A stretch of 64,000 nucleotides of DNA from Eledone cirrhosa (GCA_964016885.1 OZ024740.1:354950001-355014000); one strand, 5' to 3'; counted from the first letter of the stretch, positions 1 to 12,749 are shown. Numbers and translations are program-made. Notes: generated from the letters alone by a model not told the origin.

Positions 1-179
1 TGTTCCAAAATACTTGGATCAAACCAGGCTTTAGGAGTTCTCTCATCATCATCTGAATACTCCTAAAAGAAGTTTGTGTCTTGAAATTGTGAGGATACAT
101 ACATACATACACATACATATATATATATGAATTTCGATTAATGCTGTTGCTTGATACTGAAAAAGATGTCAGATATCAA

Positions 180-593
180 GTGATGCCTGTGCTTGAAGCT
201 TTTTTCAAGTGAAGAAAGGCTTTGCATGGAGTCAATCCCACTCTTTGAACATTGAATGCTTCACTCCAAAATGTAGAACTGGTCTACATCATTGGATGCA
301 AATGAAGTCAGAGGTTTTACATCAGAGTAACCTTCTAGAGAGATATCTTTATTAAGACTAGGGGTCACTCACTCCACTAGCCTGCTAGAAAAAAAAATTA
401 TTGGATGGCCGTTCACTCTCCTGAGTTTCTCCGCCCTTTGATGGGTTTTGTTTTTCAACCCGCAGGGTGTCTAAAATCAACCTCTTCACCAAGCAAGCAA
501 GCTTGGTGAGGTCGGCACTTTAGTCGCTGACAACCCAACCATGCACAGGTTGTACTGGGTTACATGTTACCAGCAACACTGAAGAGCAACCTG

Positions 594-597
<4 letters not shown>
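180..597. repeat. Unclassified dispersed repeat, second copy at about 24060-24402
   Basis: Shared blocks GCCTGTGCTT..GAAG, TTGGATGGCCGTT, CCGCAGGGTGTC and CAGGTTGTACTGGGTTACATG.TACCAG. Confidence 0.8.
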
Positions 598-641
<44 letters not shown>

Positions 642-711
642 ATGCAAGCGTGGAACATGGACGTTAAACGATGATGATGATGATGATATATATATATATA
701 TTATATATGTA

Positions 712-751
<40 letters not shown>

Positions 752-842
752 GTATGTGTGTATATATATATATATATGCGAGTGTGTGGTGTGTGGTTGT
801 GTGTATATGTGTGTGCGTGTGGTGTGTGTGTATATATGTGTA

Positions 843-875
<33 letters not shown>

Positions 876-960
876 GTGCATATATATACACGTGTGTGTT
901 TATATATGTATATATGTGTGAGCGTGTGTGTGTATATATATATATACATACACACACAAA
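598..960. repeat. Compound (TA)n/(TG)n/(GAT)n microsatellite
   Basis: Seen directly; similar tracts at 11440-11640, 30930-31005, 32190-32260, 36520-36570 and 44070-44182. Confidence 0.95.
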
Positions 961-2604
961 CATACTTTACAGCATGTACTGGGTGTGTTTATCATGTAGA
1001 TCACCAATACTAAGGAGGTTGTCATACACTTGACATAACTGAGGGATCCTCCCACTCCTTTTACTGGCAAGCTTGTGTTGAGTACCTTTCTTGCTGTGTT
1101 TTTGTACAGTAAACATAAACACAATGTGCCAATGTTACGATGGGTGTTGATAAAGTAAAGTACCAATCACACACTACGGTCGATTTAATCAACTTTCCAC
1201 TCTTCTAAAAATGCTGGCCTTGTGCCTAAATCAGAAACTGTTATTTATTGCGTATGCTCCCATATTTGAAGGCTGATTTTTGTGTCATTTGTTCTTGTTT
1301 TTAAACAAACAATGATAAATTTATTATAACTTTATTAAAATGTTCAGATATATTATATACATTTTTCTTGGCACATCTAAATACGTTTATTAAAAAAAAT
1401 TAATTCTTTTCTTGTAATCATCAGAAATCAATATTATTTTATATTTCAAGTAGAAAACAAATCTTTTGCTAATTTTTGCTTTTTATATATATACAATATT
1501 CTTTATTGTGGCTAAGTGATGAGTCATGTTACTCTGTGTACTCACAGATGATTCTGAGTACACTAGTGAAACTCCAGAGTAACAAGACTCACAACTTAGC
1601 CATTATATATATATATATAAGAAGATAAGGTAGTTTTTACTTTTTGTTGGTAAAACTTGTGGAGTGATTATGCAACTGTTAATGAAAAAGCAGCTTACTG
1701 GATAGATTTCTCAAAGTGTATATTTGAGTCCTGCATGATAATATTCTAGGTGTTAATCCACGGGTCTTTTTCAAGTTCCAATAATTCACGGAGTATGTAT
1801 AAGTTAATATGTTAGGAAAAACAGATATATTAACTTATATATACATATATAGTGCTGGATATTTGTACCAGGTCTCTGCATTCTGAGTTTAAATCCTGTC
1901 GCAGTCCATTTTGCCTTTTATTTTTTCAGGGTTGATCAAGTAATTACTGGCTCAGTCCTGGTGCAACCCTCTCTCTATGCAGCTGACACATTCTGGATGT
2001 TCCACTGGACAGAGAAAAGAAGTGTCCAGAGGGTGTCTGTGTCTGCTCACAATTTCATGGGCACCTAAAGCCCTTAGCAAAAGCATGGTACATAATACCA
2101 TTCCATATGTGATTGTGAATGACAACTGTAGATATATTAGATGTAATGTTCTAGTCTTTTTTGTCAGAAGTTGTTGACTTGATATAATAATTGTAATGTA
2201 AAATAGGTTACTGAAAGTTTATTGATGTTTAAGAATCCTAAATATCGGTCATTTTTATTGTGCTTATTTACATTTGTAAAGCATTTGCAGTAGATTCCTT
2301 AATACCCTGCTGTTTTTGCCATGACTTATAAATGTTCCACATTTACCACTTAGAATATGCACTTAACCCAGTAGCTGTAACCTTTAGTCAACCTTACAAT
2401 TCATCCATAGCATAAATCCATAGTTATTCCAACTACAATTCATTTTTTATTTATAATTTTTGTTGTGTTTGTCAAATATATACTTTATATTTTACAGGAT
2501 AAATATATTGCTGTTTAGCATACAACTTAATTATGTAATTTTCTATGTTTTATGCCACTTTTTCCATGTCTACCACTAAAGAATGTATGAAATTTTAGTG
2601 AAAA

Positions 2605-2925
2605 CGGTAGTGTTGGTATCATAATAAAATGCACTCAATACATTCTGTAAAGTGGTAGTGTTGGTGTCATGATAAAATGTTCTCAGTACATTCTGTAAAG
2701 TGGTAGTGTTGGTATCATGATAAAATGTACTCAGTACATTCTGTAAAGTGGTAGTGCTGGTATCATGATAAAATGTACTCAGTACATTCTGTAAAGTGGT
2801 AGTGTTGGTGTCATGATAAAATGTACTCAATGCATTCTGTAAAGTGGTAGTGTTGGTATCATGATAAATGTACTCAGTACATTCTGTAAAGTGGTAGTGT
2901 TGGTATCATGATAAAATGCACACTC
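2605..2925 (+). repeat. 48-bp minisatellite, about 6.5 copies
   Basis: Unit GTAAAGTGGTAGTGTTGGTATCATGATAAAATGTACTCAGTACATTCT starts at 2647, 2695, 2743, 2791, 2839 and 2886. Confidence 0.95.
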
Positions 2926-5900
2926 TATAAATGATTTTGTGTCCAAACAGAGACAATATAAGATAGAGAGGACTCTTTAGTCTAGCTGTGTCCATGACAA
3001 CATCTCTTGTGCTGGTGCTCTGATAAAATGTACTCTGTACACACTGTAAAGTGGTAGTGTTGATGTCACGATAAAATGCACTTAGTATATTCTGCAAAGA
3101 GGTTGGCATTAGGAAGGGTATCTAGCTGTAGAAACCATGCTGAAATATGGAATATATGAGCAAAATTTGGTTCTCTGGCCTGACTAGTCCATGATGATTT
3201 ATTCAACACATTCCACCTTGTTCTGCCTAAAATGTCTTTTGAAGTCAACCAAGATGATAAAGTCACTGACATCTGTTATTGAAGTCATCTGTAAGAGGCC
3301 CTCATAGAAACAGTGTATATTTACTTATCCCTGATTGAGGTGCATATGTAGAAATAACTGCTATTGTATTGCTTATGATTATTCTGAGCTTCTTAATTGT
3401 CACATATTCTAACTCAATTGCTAATGTTAATGTGCAGGAATAACAAAGCATGGATGAGCTGGAAAAAAAAGAAGGTATAAATGTAGTAAGAGAGAAGACT
3501 GCTAATATGGATATTTGATGTATATGGATGATGATCCTTTGGTGAAGAGGTTCCAAGACATCTAAATAGGTGGAAGACAGAGGAATACCTGGGTAGCAGT
3601 GGTGAGAGCTGATCTCAAGGTGCTGAATCTCAAAGAGGAAATGACAAGGATAAACAATGAGGGGAGGGGGGCTGTGTTGAAGAAGACCCATCAAACCCAT
3701 ACAAGCATGCAAAAGTGGATGTAAAATAGTGATGATGATTTAGATTTGTTGTTCAGCACTCTGAGTCAAAATTCTGTCAGTATCGATTTTCTTTTATCAT
3801 CTCTTTTCTGTCAAGAAGTTGAAGATGTTATGCAATGGAATTGATTCAATATGCTATACTCTGGTCCCAACAAAATTGGTCCATTCAAAAGAAGTAAAGA
3901 GATATAAATACAATATCTACTGTGAGACAAATGAAGCGACATCATTAAAATATCTGCTTGGAGGAAGATAGTAATAATGTTACATTAAGAATATTTGTTC
4001 CAGTCTAACAGATGCAGGGCCTTGTTTATATTAGTTAAGCTTTTATGAACTATTTCAGAGGTAGATTCATAATCTCATGAAACATAATGTATCTACATGT
4101 GTGTGTTTGCTTGTGCTTACATGCATGTGCCTCTAACTCCTGATTCATTGGAGCATCATAGTGCTATACAGCATGTTTTGAACATTTAAACCTGGCAGAG
4201 TCCATCCCTCTCCAAGTTTGAATACAGCCAATTTTCTTCCAGAGAAAGAGAAATAATGGAAGTGAAGTCAAGTGAGAAAGAGGAAGAAACAATCCTAGTA
4301 CAGGACTGATACTTCATTTATTGACCCTGAAAATATAGAATACAATCTCCTTTGGGAGATTTGAATTCAGAGTACAGATAGCTGGATTGAATACTGCAAA
4401 GCATTCTATCTGACATTCTAATGGCTCTGCCCCATTTGCACCCCCTCCCTCATTCTTAGAGAATCTGTGGATTTCATTAGCATATTGAACTATGCAATGA
4501 ATAACTGTTTATGTAGCCATGTGAATTGTATGATGTTCTTTGCACCCAGAAACCTCCAGAAAACTTAAGCATCTTTGGTAAATATGTTCAAACCTGACTT
4601 GATAATATCTGCCTTCATTATGTTGATGTAAAATGCTAGAATTACTTAATCACATAATAGATATATCATAAGTACAATTGTAGAAAAAATCTGTATGTTT
4701 TTTAGGATCAAGATATCACTCAATCTTCTATTTATTGTAAGTCTTGATGAGGAAAGAAAAGCAAATAATTAAAATTAGCCATATTACATTGTTATTCTAG
4801 ATAATTCTCTGTATTCTGTACTTGCTTGATGAGGTTGTAATAATTATCTTTAATAACTTCAAAGAAAATTTGCTTTGAAGAGACTGCCTAATTATCTGAG
4901 ATACATATTAATTAATATCATGATCATGTTTTGTAATTAAGGTGACTTTTATCTTAATAGCTCTGATATATATATATTTTTGTTTTGCCAATAATAGAAT
5001 ATAGTGTTTTATTGATATATCAGAGTGCATGGATTTCTGGTTCCTCAAACATACTGACATCATTTGTTATAAGCTGGGGTTTCACTATAATTAGGAATTT
5101 GTTGGTCAATTTATTATTAATATTCTACATACAGCTTGTACTGCTGAACCCCCCCCCCCCCTTATGAACTGTTGACTGGAGATCTTAACCATTTCAGCAC
5201 CTCCTGACAGTATCACTCCCTCCTCTGATGTCAAGCAGCATTGATGCTACTACAAAATGCCCATGTTTTATTGTCCTCTCTGTAGCACAATTTTTCTTTT
5301 ATTACTCATGTAACCTTCACAACAATCTGGATGATACTGTAACCACTCTAATCTTTCAGGAATTATTGTGTTTACTCCTCACTGAGAATTTGCTCTCTTC
5401 TCAGAATTGTTCTCTTTCTACTTTTAATAAGGAAACTAAAATTCCCTGCAAATCATTATTGCCTTAGTGAAGTTTAGTAGATATTAGTAGATAGCCTCTA
5501 GCTACTCTGCTGTTTGATGCCAGATAGTCATATAATTGACTTGAGAGAGAGAGAGAGCGAACACCTACTTGTTATATATGGATTTCTATTTTTGCTTTTT
5601 TCTGGTGTAAATCATTATCTTCTGTGAAATTGCAGTAACTTTTTTAATTATTTTTACAATATTTTCAGGGATAGAGTATTCATTTGGATAGGTGTAGTAG
5701 ACATGTACGAAATTAGGGGTCCTTTATTTGTGTGTCTATGTGTAAATATCCAAACTTTTATTTGATAAAGATAGATATTAAAATAAGGCATGTTTTGTAT
5801 CTGTGGTTTATTCCATTAGGACACTCTTTGGTTTATGATGGCTTCTCTCGATATATGAAATGTTTTTAAGTATATCCCTTAACTGTACTTGAGCTTTAGT

Positions 5901-6316
5901 AAACCCTGACTTACATTGAGCAGTGGATGAGCCTAACCCTTTCAATACTAAACTGCCTGAAGGTTTTATGATACAAAACTATTTGATTTAAGGTGGTTAT
6001 ATTTGAAGTTGGTGGTTTTGTTTTAAAGAATTAGTGCAGGTTTTGGCTGAGTTGGTATCAAAAGGATTAAGCAGAGGAGAAACGAAACTCCACAGGGATA
6101 GGTTAATATTCTATTGCAGATTACTATAACCTAATATAGAATTACTGTATATATGTGAACATAATCCCTTCCCCCAATTTTATGCCTGAGAAATAGGCAA
6201 AAATCTAAACTTTGTTTATAAGCTGAAGCAGGTAATCAACACATTATGTTTAGATGGTATGGTTTTGACATTGTCATGAAGTTTTGATTATATAAAATAT
6301 TTTAAGTGTCATTTAA

Positions 6317-6532
6317 CCCTTTAGCATTTACATTACTCTATATTTACTATTGTATTTTCATGGTAAAGGCTTTACCTCACATAATTGTCTCACATCGAAT
6401 CTATGAGATTTTGATATTATTTATTTTGAGAACAATACCTTAATGTCAGTATGAGTGGCTAGTTACGGCTGGTTTGAACAGAAATCAGTGAGAGAATTCT
6501 GGCCGGATATAGCCAGTTTAAATGCTAAAGGG
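6317..6532 (+). mobile_element. piggyBac-type MITE, family A
   Basis: TTAA|CCCTTTAGCATTTA...TAAATGCTAAAGGG|TTAA: 14-bp TIR and TTAA TSD. Confidence 0.88.
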
Positions 6533-6969
6533 TTAAAGTATAGTTTTTGTTAACAACTCCATTACATAATGATATTTTACCAATTTCTGACCGTTTTGAA
6601 GGCCACATTCATTTAAAGGATATAAAAAACAATATGAATTTCATGTTGAAAGTGAAACCAGTGTAATATTCACATCCAAAGAGAAACCAATGTAATATTT
6701 ATTTCCAAGGCAAAAATATTTTAGCACCTCATTTACGTAGAATTTTGAAGCTGGTGAAAATCGTCAAAATATTGGCCTCGAATACACCCCAATTTTACTA
6801 TCAATTTTATTATCACATATTTCTTGATGACACAATAGAATAACTTATATGAATTTATTACTTATGACCTTACAGACAAATTAGTTATTAGTTATTAGTC
6901 AATTTAGTTATTGATCATTTTTTATATCTAAATATAATTACAAAGAGTATCCTCTTTGGAAATTTTCAG

Positions 6970-7040
6970 GTTAGTGAAACACTTGAATACTTGGGACTGC
7001 AACTGGTTGTGGAGTTATGGTTTGTTGAAGAACAACAAGA
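6970..7040 (+). CDS. FAM135A: FAM135-like exon (VSETLEYLGLQLVVELWFVEEQQE)
   Basis: ttttcag acceptor and GA|gtaagt donor; 71 nt, ends phase 2, joins in frame to the exon at 18650. Confidence 0.85.
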
Positions 7041-9180
7041 GTAAGTATTTAAATATTTGAGTATTTGTTGTTGCAAAATTGTTTATTTTGTATGCCATTT
7101 GTTAAATTATGTTTGTTAACCATAAATTGCATTTTTTGATATGATAAAATAATAATCTACATCAAATCTTCACAGCTAAAAGTTCATCAGAAGGACACCC
7201 CCCCCCCCTCAAACAACACATTGAACATATGTCATTTGGACATGCTTCTGTATTTGAATCTTCAAGTTGAATCGGTTAAGATCATGTAGCTCTGTGTAAG
7301 AAAAAACAATTTGATAGAATAATGTTGTTTTTCTGCTATTTAGGAAATGGATACTTATAGTTTTGAATTTGACCTATTTGAGTTAATTTCTTTTTTAAAT
7401 ATCTCCTTTTCTTACCATATTTCTAACAAAAATCACATCCTATAATTTTAAATTTCTTTTAATAATCAAGTATTTGGATATATTTAGTAATATAACTAAC
7501 TTAAGATGGCATAAAGGTTCTTACTGAAATTATGATTGAAGATTTTTAGATAAATATAAACATTTTCAAAGCAAACAGTCTTCATTGTAGAACCTGTTGT
7601 TGTCTGGTTTAAAAGGATTATAGTTGATACTTAACTATGTTTATAGTTATAATATCAATTAAGTTGATACTTTCTATGTCACTTAACCTAGTGTAACCAA
7701 TCCAATTTTCTATTTCTTTTTTTTTTTTAATAATGAATAATTTGAAGAGATTTAGTAATATAACAAACTTTCTCATTATTAAGATGGTATTTGGGTCCTA
7801 ACTTAATGAAGGTTCTTTCTGAAAATCATGATGGAAAATTTTTAGATAAATGATATGGTCCCGTAACTTCTGATGGAATTGTGGGGGGGGGGGGGCATAT
7901 TGACATACAGCATTTCTTGGGTATTTTAAGCCTGGTGGAGTTCATCCCTCTCCAGGCTTGAGTAAGGAAGATATTTTCATTTTCTGCCAGGCTTGAGTAA
8001 GGAAGATATTTTCATTTTCTGCTAAATCATTACAAGGTCTTAAAGAGTTAATATCTTTTGGGAGATACATAAACATCATAACAGATCATTTAGTCTCTAT
8101 GTATCAAAGGCATTATGCTTGTAACAAAACAACTCTGATCAAACAGACCAGAACAATAAGTGTAGATGATTAAATATTTATTGGTGACACCATAATATGT
8201 CCTTTTCTAGTGTAAATCATTATCTGTAGTCAAATTGCAGTAAATCTTTAAGTTGATCCTTTAATGAATCAGAAGTGTTCCTAGCATTGGTTTCAATATT
8301 TGATATCAGTTTCATGAAGCAGATGAGAAACAAAAGTGCACCTGCATAGGATAATATTCTATTGCAGATAAGGCAGAAAATTGGCTGTCATTAGAATGTC
8401 GGACAGAATGTTTTTCAGTATTTGTTTTGTTTTTCTGTACTCTGTGATTAAATCCTGCTGAGGTCAATGTTGCTTTTCATCTTTTTGAGCTCAATAGTTA
8501 AAGCACCAGTTCAGTACTGGTGAAGGGCAGGATTCTCCTTTTATTTCTCTTTTTCACTATCAGTCTGTTTCTCTGGAAGAAATTGGCTATGTGAAGAGGG
8601 ATGGGGGTCCACTAGGTTTGAGTGTCCAAAATATACTGCAATGTTGCACTGGAACACATGCAACTCCATCAGAGGTTGCAGAGGCCCATGGATGGGTGAA
8701 ATTATAACCTTATTTAGAATAAAGTGTATTGCTTTGATGACACAATGGAAATATCTGATATGAATTCATTATGGACATTTAGACAGATATTTTATAGTAG
8801 TTAATTAAATATTATCACCATCATTTTTACACCCATTTTTCCATGCATGCATGATTGAACAACACCTTTGAGGCAGCTTTTAATGGCTAATTGTCCTGAC
8901 CAAGTGTAATCCATACCTTATTTTAGGTATGGTATACCACTGATGTGTATATTAAACTGCTATGCTGTAGGATGTAAAGTTTATGTGGGACATAAACAAC
9001 CGTCACCCTGAATAGTGTCAATATGACAGAAAGAGAAACTTGTCTTATTCTAATATTATCGCTAGCAAATAGATTGTTTTGACATTCACACACATACACA
9101 TGCCTGCACACACACACATATGAATATAATAATGACTAACATAACTGTACAAATTAATAATTTATCCATGAAAATAGTAT

Positions 9181-9582
9181 TAATAATAATAATAATAATA
9201 ATAATGAAATTATTGTGTAAAGTGCTCAGGTGCACTACAACTCATCAAAGGTGCATGTATAGTATATAGAATAATATACAAATGTCAGGGAAGTGAATAG
9301 TGTATGAGTCATGATATACATGTGTGTATGTGTATGGAGGGGGAATATTAGGTGCAGTGTTGGCAAATCTCAGGAAGCATGGAGGTTTTAAAGGATGCAG
9401 TGTCTCGACAGCTAACAACTGATGCAGGTAGTTTGTTCCATGCTTCGGCAACTCTGAGCATGAAAAAATGTTTCCGAAAGTCATGGGAACTGTGCTGTTT
9501 TCTGACTTTGTGGGCATGCCCACGTGTGTTACAATAATGAAAATCAAAAAGGTACTCAGGGTTGTTGTTGGCAAGATGGTTA
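9181..9582 (-). mobile_element. CR1-clade LINE 3' end with (ATT)n tail
   Basis: TRGHAHKVRK..RKHFFMLRVAEAWNKLPASVV..ASFK C-terminal motif. Confidence 0.82.
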
Positions 9583-9867
9583 GTAATTAAGATGACTTTT
9601 ATTGCCCTTAGCAAGAACTCAATATATTCTTTATATTCCCCTACCCCACTCCCACTCAAAGTTCAAAATTACATATAAATAGTAACAGTAGTCAAAGACT
9701 TTTTCAATAGGTATGAAAGATTTATATATTTTCATATTAACTTTTAACATCCTGTGCCATATAGAAACTGTATTAGCATGACACCCTTCAAAAGTAAACA
9801 AACAACACAATGACTGCACCACATGAAAAATTAAAGTCTCTAATATGTCCACTAGCTAAGATACTAT

Positions 9868-10116
9868 GGGCATAGGGTTAGAATGTCTCAGGAAAGAATC
9901 GCTGGACAGATCTTATGGGCGAAACCAACAGGTAGGAGACTCAGGGGTAGACCTTGAGCAAGATAGTTGGATAACATCCATGAGTTCAGCTGATCTTGCT
10001 TAGGGATCCAGCCAGATTAATTGGAGACAGTTGCTTCTGACACGACCCGCTGGTGGAAGTGTTTGAAGACTCTGCCTCCACGACCCTCTCAGGAATAAGT
10101 GGACGAAGAAGAAGAA
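9868..10116 (+). mobile_element. Second RTE family, short 3' fragment
   Basis: Homologous to 12120-12370; 10-bp TSD aagatactat at 9858 and 10117. Confidence 0.85.
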
Positions 10117-10676
10117 AAGATACTATAAACATTTGAATTAACAAATCCATTTTTAGATATTTTCTTCTAAATCATTACAGGATGTTCATAGTTAAGAGAA
10201 TAAAGATTTTAAAATTATGATTTGATTATATAATGAAGTAACTTATGTCAGGGAAAACAAAATAAACCATGTCAAAATTTATTGCTTTCTCTACTTTATA
10301 GTCCTTTGTGCACCCCTTCACAAATTCTAGTATGATGTAGTTGTTGCTGTTGGATTATTGATTAATTGCTTTTCTCCATTAGTGTTGTATTGCATTTGAT
10401 TGATAATGCTTCATTTATTAACATTTTTATCTTGTTAGATTAAACAATAAACTGTTTTCAGTTTCTATATGGTGAAAGCAATTGCTTTAAACATTTATAT
10501 ATTCAATACATTTCATATTGATTGTTCTTTGCTTGTTTAACCCTTTCAAGACACAGAACATTTCATAGCGCAATTTCCTACTATATGTTCACTTTTCTTC
10601 CGTTATCACTCTATTTCAGTGATATGTAATATGAAGTGAAAAATAATAACACTAAGATTTAAGTTGACTTGATTAA

Positions 10677-10877
10677 CCCTATATTTACTATTATATTTTC
10701 ATGGTAAAGACTTTATGTTACATAATTATCTCACATAATATCGAATTTATGAGATTTTGATATTATTTATTTTGAGAATTTATTTTAACATCAGTATGAA
10801 CGGCTGGTTTCAGTCCGTTTGAGCAGAAAGAGGTGAAAGAATTCTGGCTGGGTATGGCCAGATTAAATGTTAAAGGG
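10677..10877 (+). mobile_element. piggyBac-type MITE, family A copy
   Basis: TTAA|CCCT...AAAGGG|TTAA; body homologous to 6317-6532. Confidence 0.8.
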
Positions 10878-11441
10878 TTAAAGATAGTTTAGGTAGGTTA
10901 TCAGTATTTTTGGCAGCTACAAAATAATTTACTAATTCAGATGCACTGGCTATGAAATTTCTTTTGAAAATTTTATGAAAATCCTTTTGAAAATAATAAT
11001 GAATTTGGGTGTTTTTTTGTTTTTTTTTGTTAAATAACTAACTTTTTTATTATTAAGCTGGTGTTAGGAGCATTGAAAGGTAACTTAACAAATGTTCTTA
11101 CTCAAAATTATGATGGAAAGTTTTTAGATTCATTTAAAAAAAAATTATATAAACAACCTTGTATCATAGAACTAGAGGCAGTTTGGTATAAAACGAGTTA
11201 AAATAATGACTGCTACAAAATTGATTCTTACTTTAGGATTCTCTAGTTAAGAAAGGGTTAAACACTTGAAGCAATATTCTATAGAGTTCATTATTAATTT
11301 CTTTTTTCCAGTTATCGTATATATTCAAATGAGAGGTGAGATGCCGCAAATCAAATTTTCTATTGATTTTCAAAACCTTTTCCTTATCTCTTTCCTCTTT
11401 CCATATTGAAGAAATGTCACCTCTAGAAAATAAACTTCACA

Positions 11442-11483
<42 letters not shown>

Positions 11484-11978
11484 TATGTATACGTATCAGC
11501 TGTACTAAGAGTGAGAAATGAAATTTTGTTTCATTCTTTTCCATATATATATATATATGCATAAATGTACATATATATATATATGTAATATGTGTATGCG
11601 TATATATATGTGTGTATTCATATGTATGTATATATTATTTGAGTATTTAATTAATGCTAATGTGTGCTTTTGTTTGAGGATGTGGTTTAATTTTAGCCAA
11701 TCCATAAGCATGACAATAATTAATGTTTGTTATGCTGAACTTTTGCGGTTGTGGTCACTCTTATGTGTTATATTTTGTTTCTTCATTTGGAATTATTTTT
11801 TAATTTATATATCTTTTGAATCATAGTGAAATATGTGGATATGACTGTTTTGGGAAAGGCCAATTAGAAATACAAATATGAAACCTAGAGTAAGAAAAAT
11901 AACAAAAAACAGTTACACTTTTTGCCTTATATTTCAAATTTCGAGATTAAGACCTCTTTTTCAAAAGAGTAAATGCAT

Positions 11979-12374
11979 GATCGTGAATACAAGTGGCTGA
12001 AATAGAATTCCTCCGAAGGGTCTTTGGAGTAACGTTACTTGATAAAGTGCGCAGCTCGGGGATCGGGATTTGCTCCTGGTAGAACCGCTATTTCTCCGAA
12101 TTGAGAGATCATAGTTCTGATACTATGGGCATGTGGTTAGAATGTCTCAGGAAAGAATTTCTGGTCAGATTTTATGGACAAACCCAACAGGTAGGAGACC
12201 CAGGGGTAGACCCCGAGCAAGATGTTTGAATAACATCCATGAGCTTCGCTGGTCTCGCTTGGGTCTCCAGCTGGATCCATTTGAGACAGTTGCTTCTTAC
12301 AGGACCCACTGGAAGGAGTGTTTGAGGAATATTCCCTCACGATCCTCTCAGGAATAAGTGGGCGAAAAAGAAAA
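11979..12374 (+). mobile_element. Second RTE family (Expander/Rex3-like), 3' fragment
   Basis: YYGHVVRMSQERISGQILWTNPTGRRPRGRPR and a (GAA)-type tail; 11-bp TSD agtaaatgcat at 11968 and 12375. Confidence 0.85.
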
Positions 12375-12749
12375 AGTAAATGCATAGACTGCTGTTTTGT
12401 CTTTCATACTTTACTTTAGCTTTCATTCTTGTATTTGCTTTGTATTGGCTTTCGTTAAACAATTATAACCATATATATTTTTTATGTAGCATCTTCGTAG
12501 AGAAGAAATTAAATTATACTATCATACAATATAATCTTGTAGTAATTTTATTTTAGAACACAGAAGTTTCTTTTGTCTTCAATATGGTTTTCTTAATCAA
12601 CTCTCAAAAAAGAAACTTACAAATACAGTTGTTTTGGTTTTGATTCTTTCTTTTTTGAAGTGGATTTTTGTGGTGTTTTGCAGCAGTTGATTTTCTTTAA
12701 TTTGTTTTGTTGTTATTGTTGATGTTGTTATTATTGTTGTTGGTGTTAA

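Noticed and set aside
664-1033. YI/CV/HT-rich ORFs (also near 11505, 58361 and 61612)
   Set aside because: These are translations of (TA)n/(TG)n microsatellites that lack stop codons by composition.
2605-2925. CRISPR-like array
   Set aside because: Units are contiguous with no unique spacers, there are no cas genes, and the context is eukaryotic; it is a minisatellite.
7952-8022. Short tandem duplications (35 bp here, 21 bp near 53395, 26 bp near 55881, about 28 bp near 48752)
   Set aside because: Ordinary slippage duplications with no sign of function.
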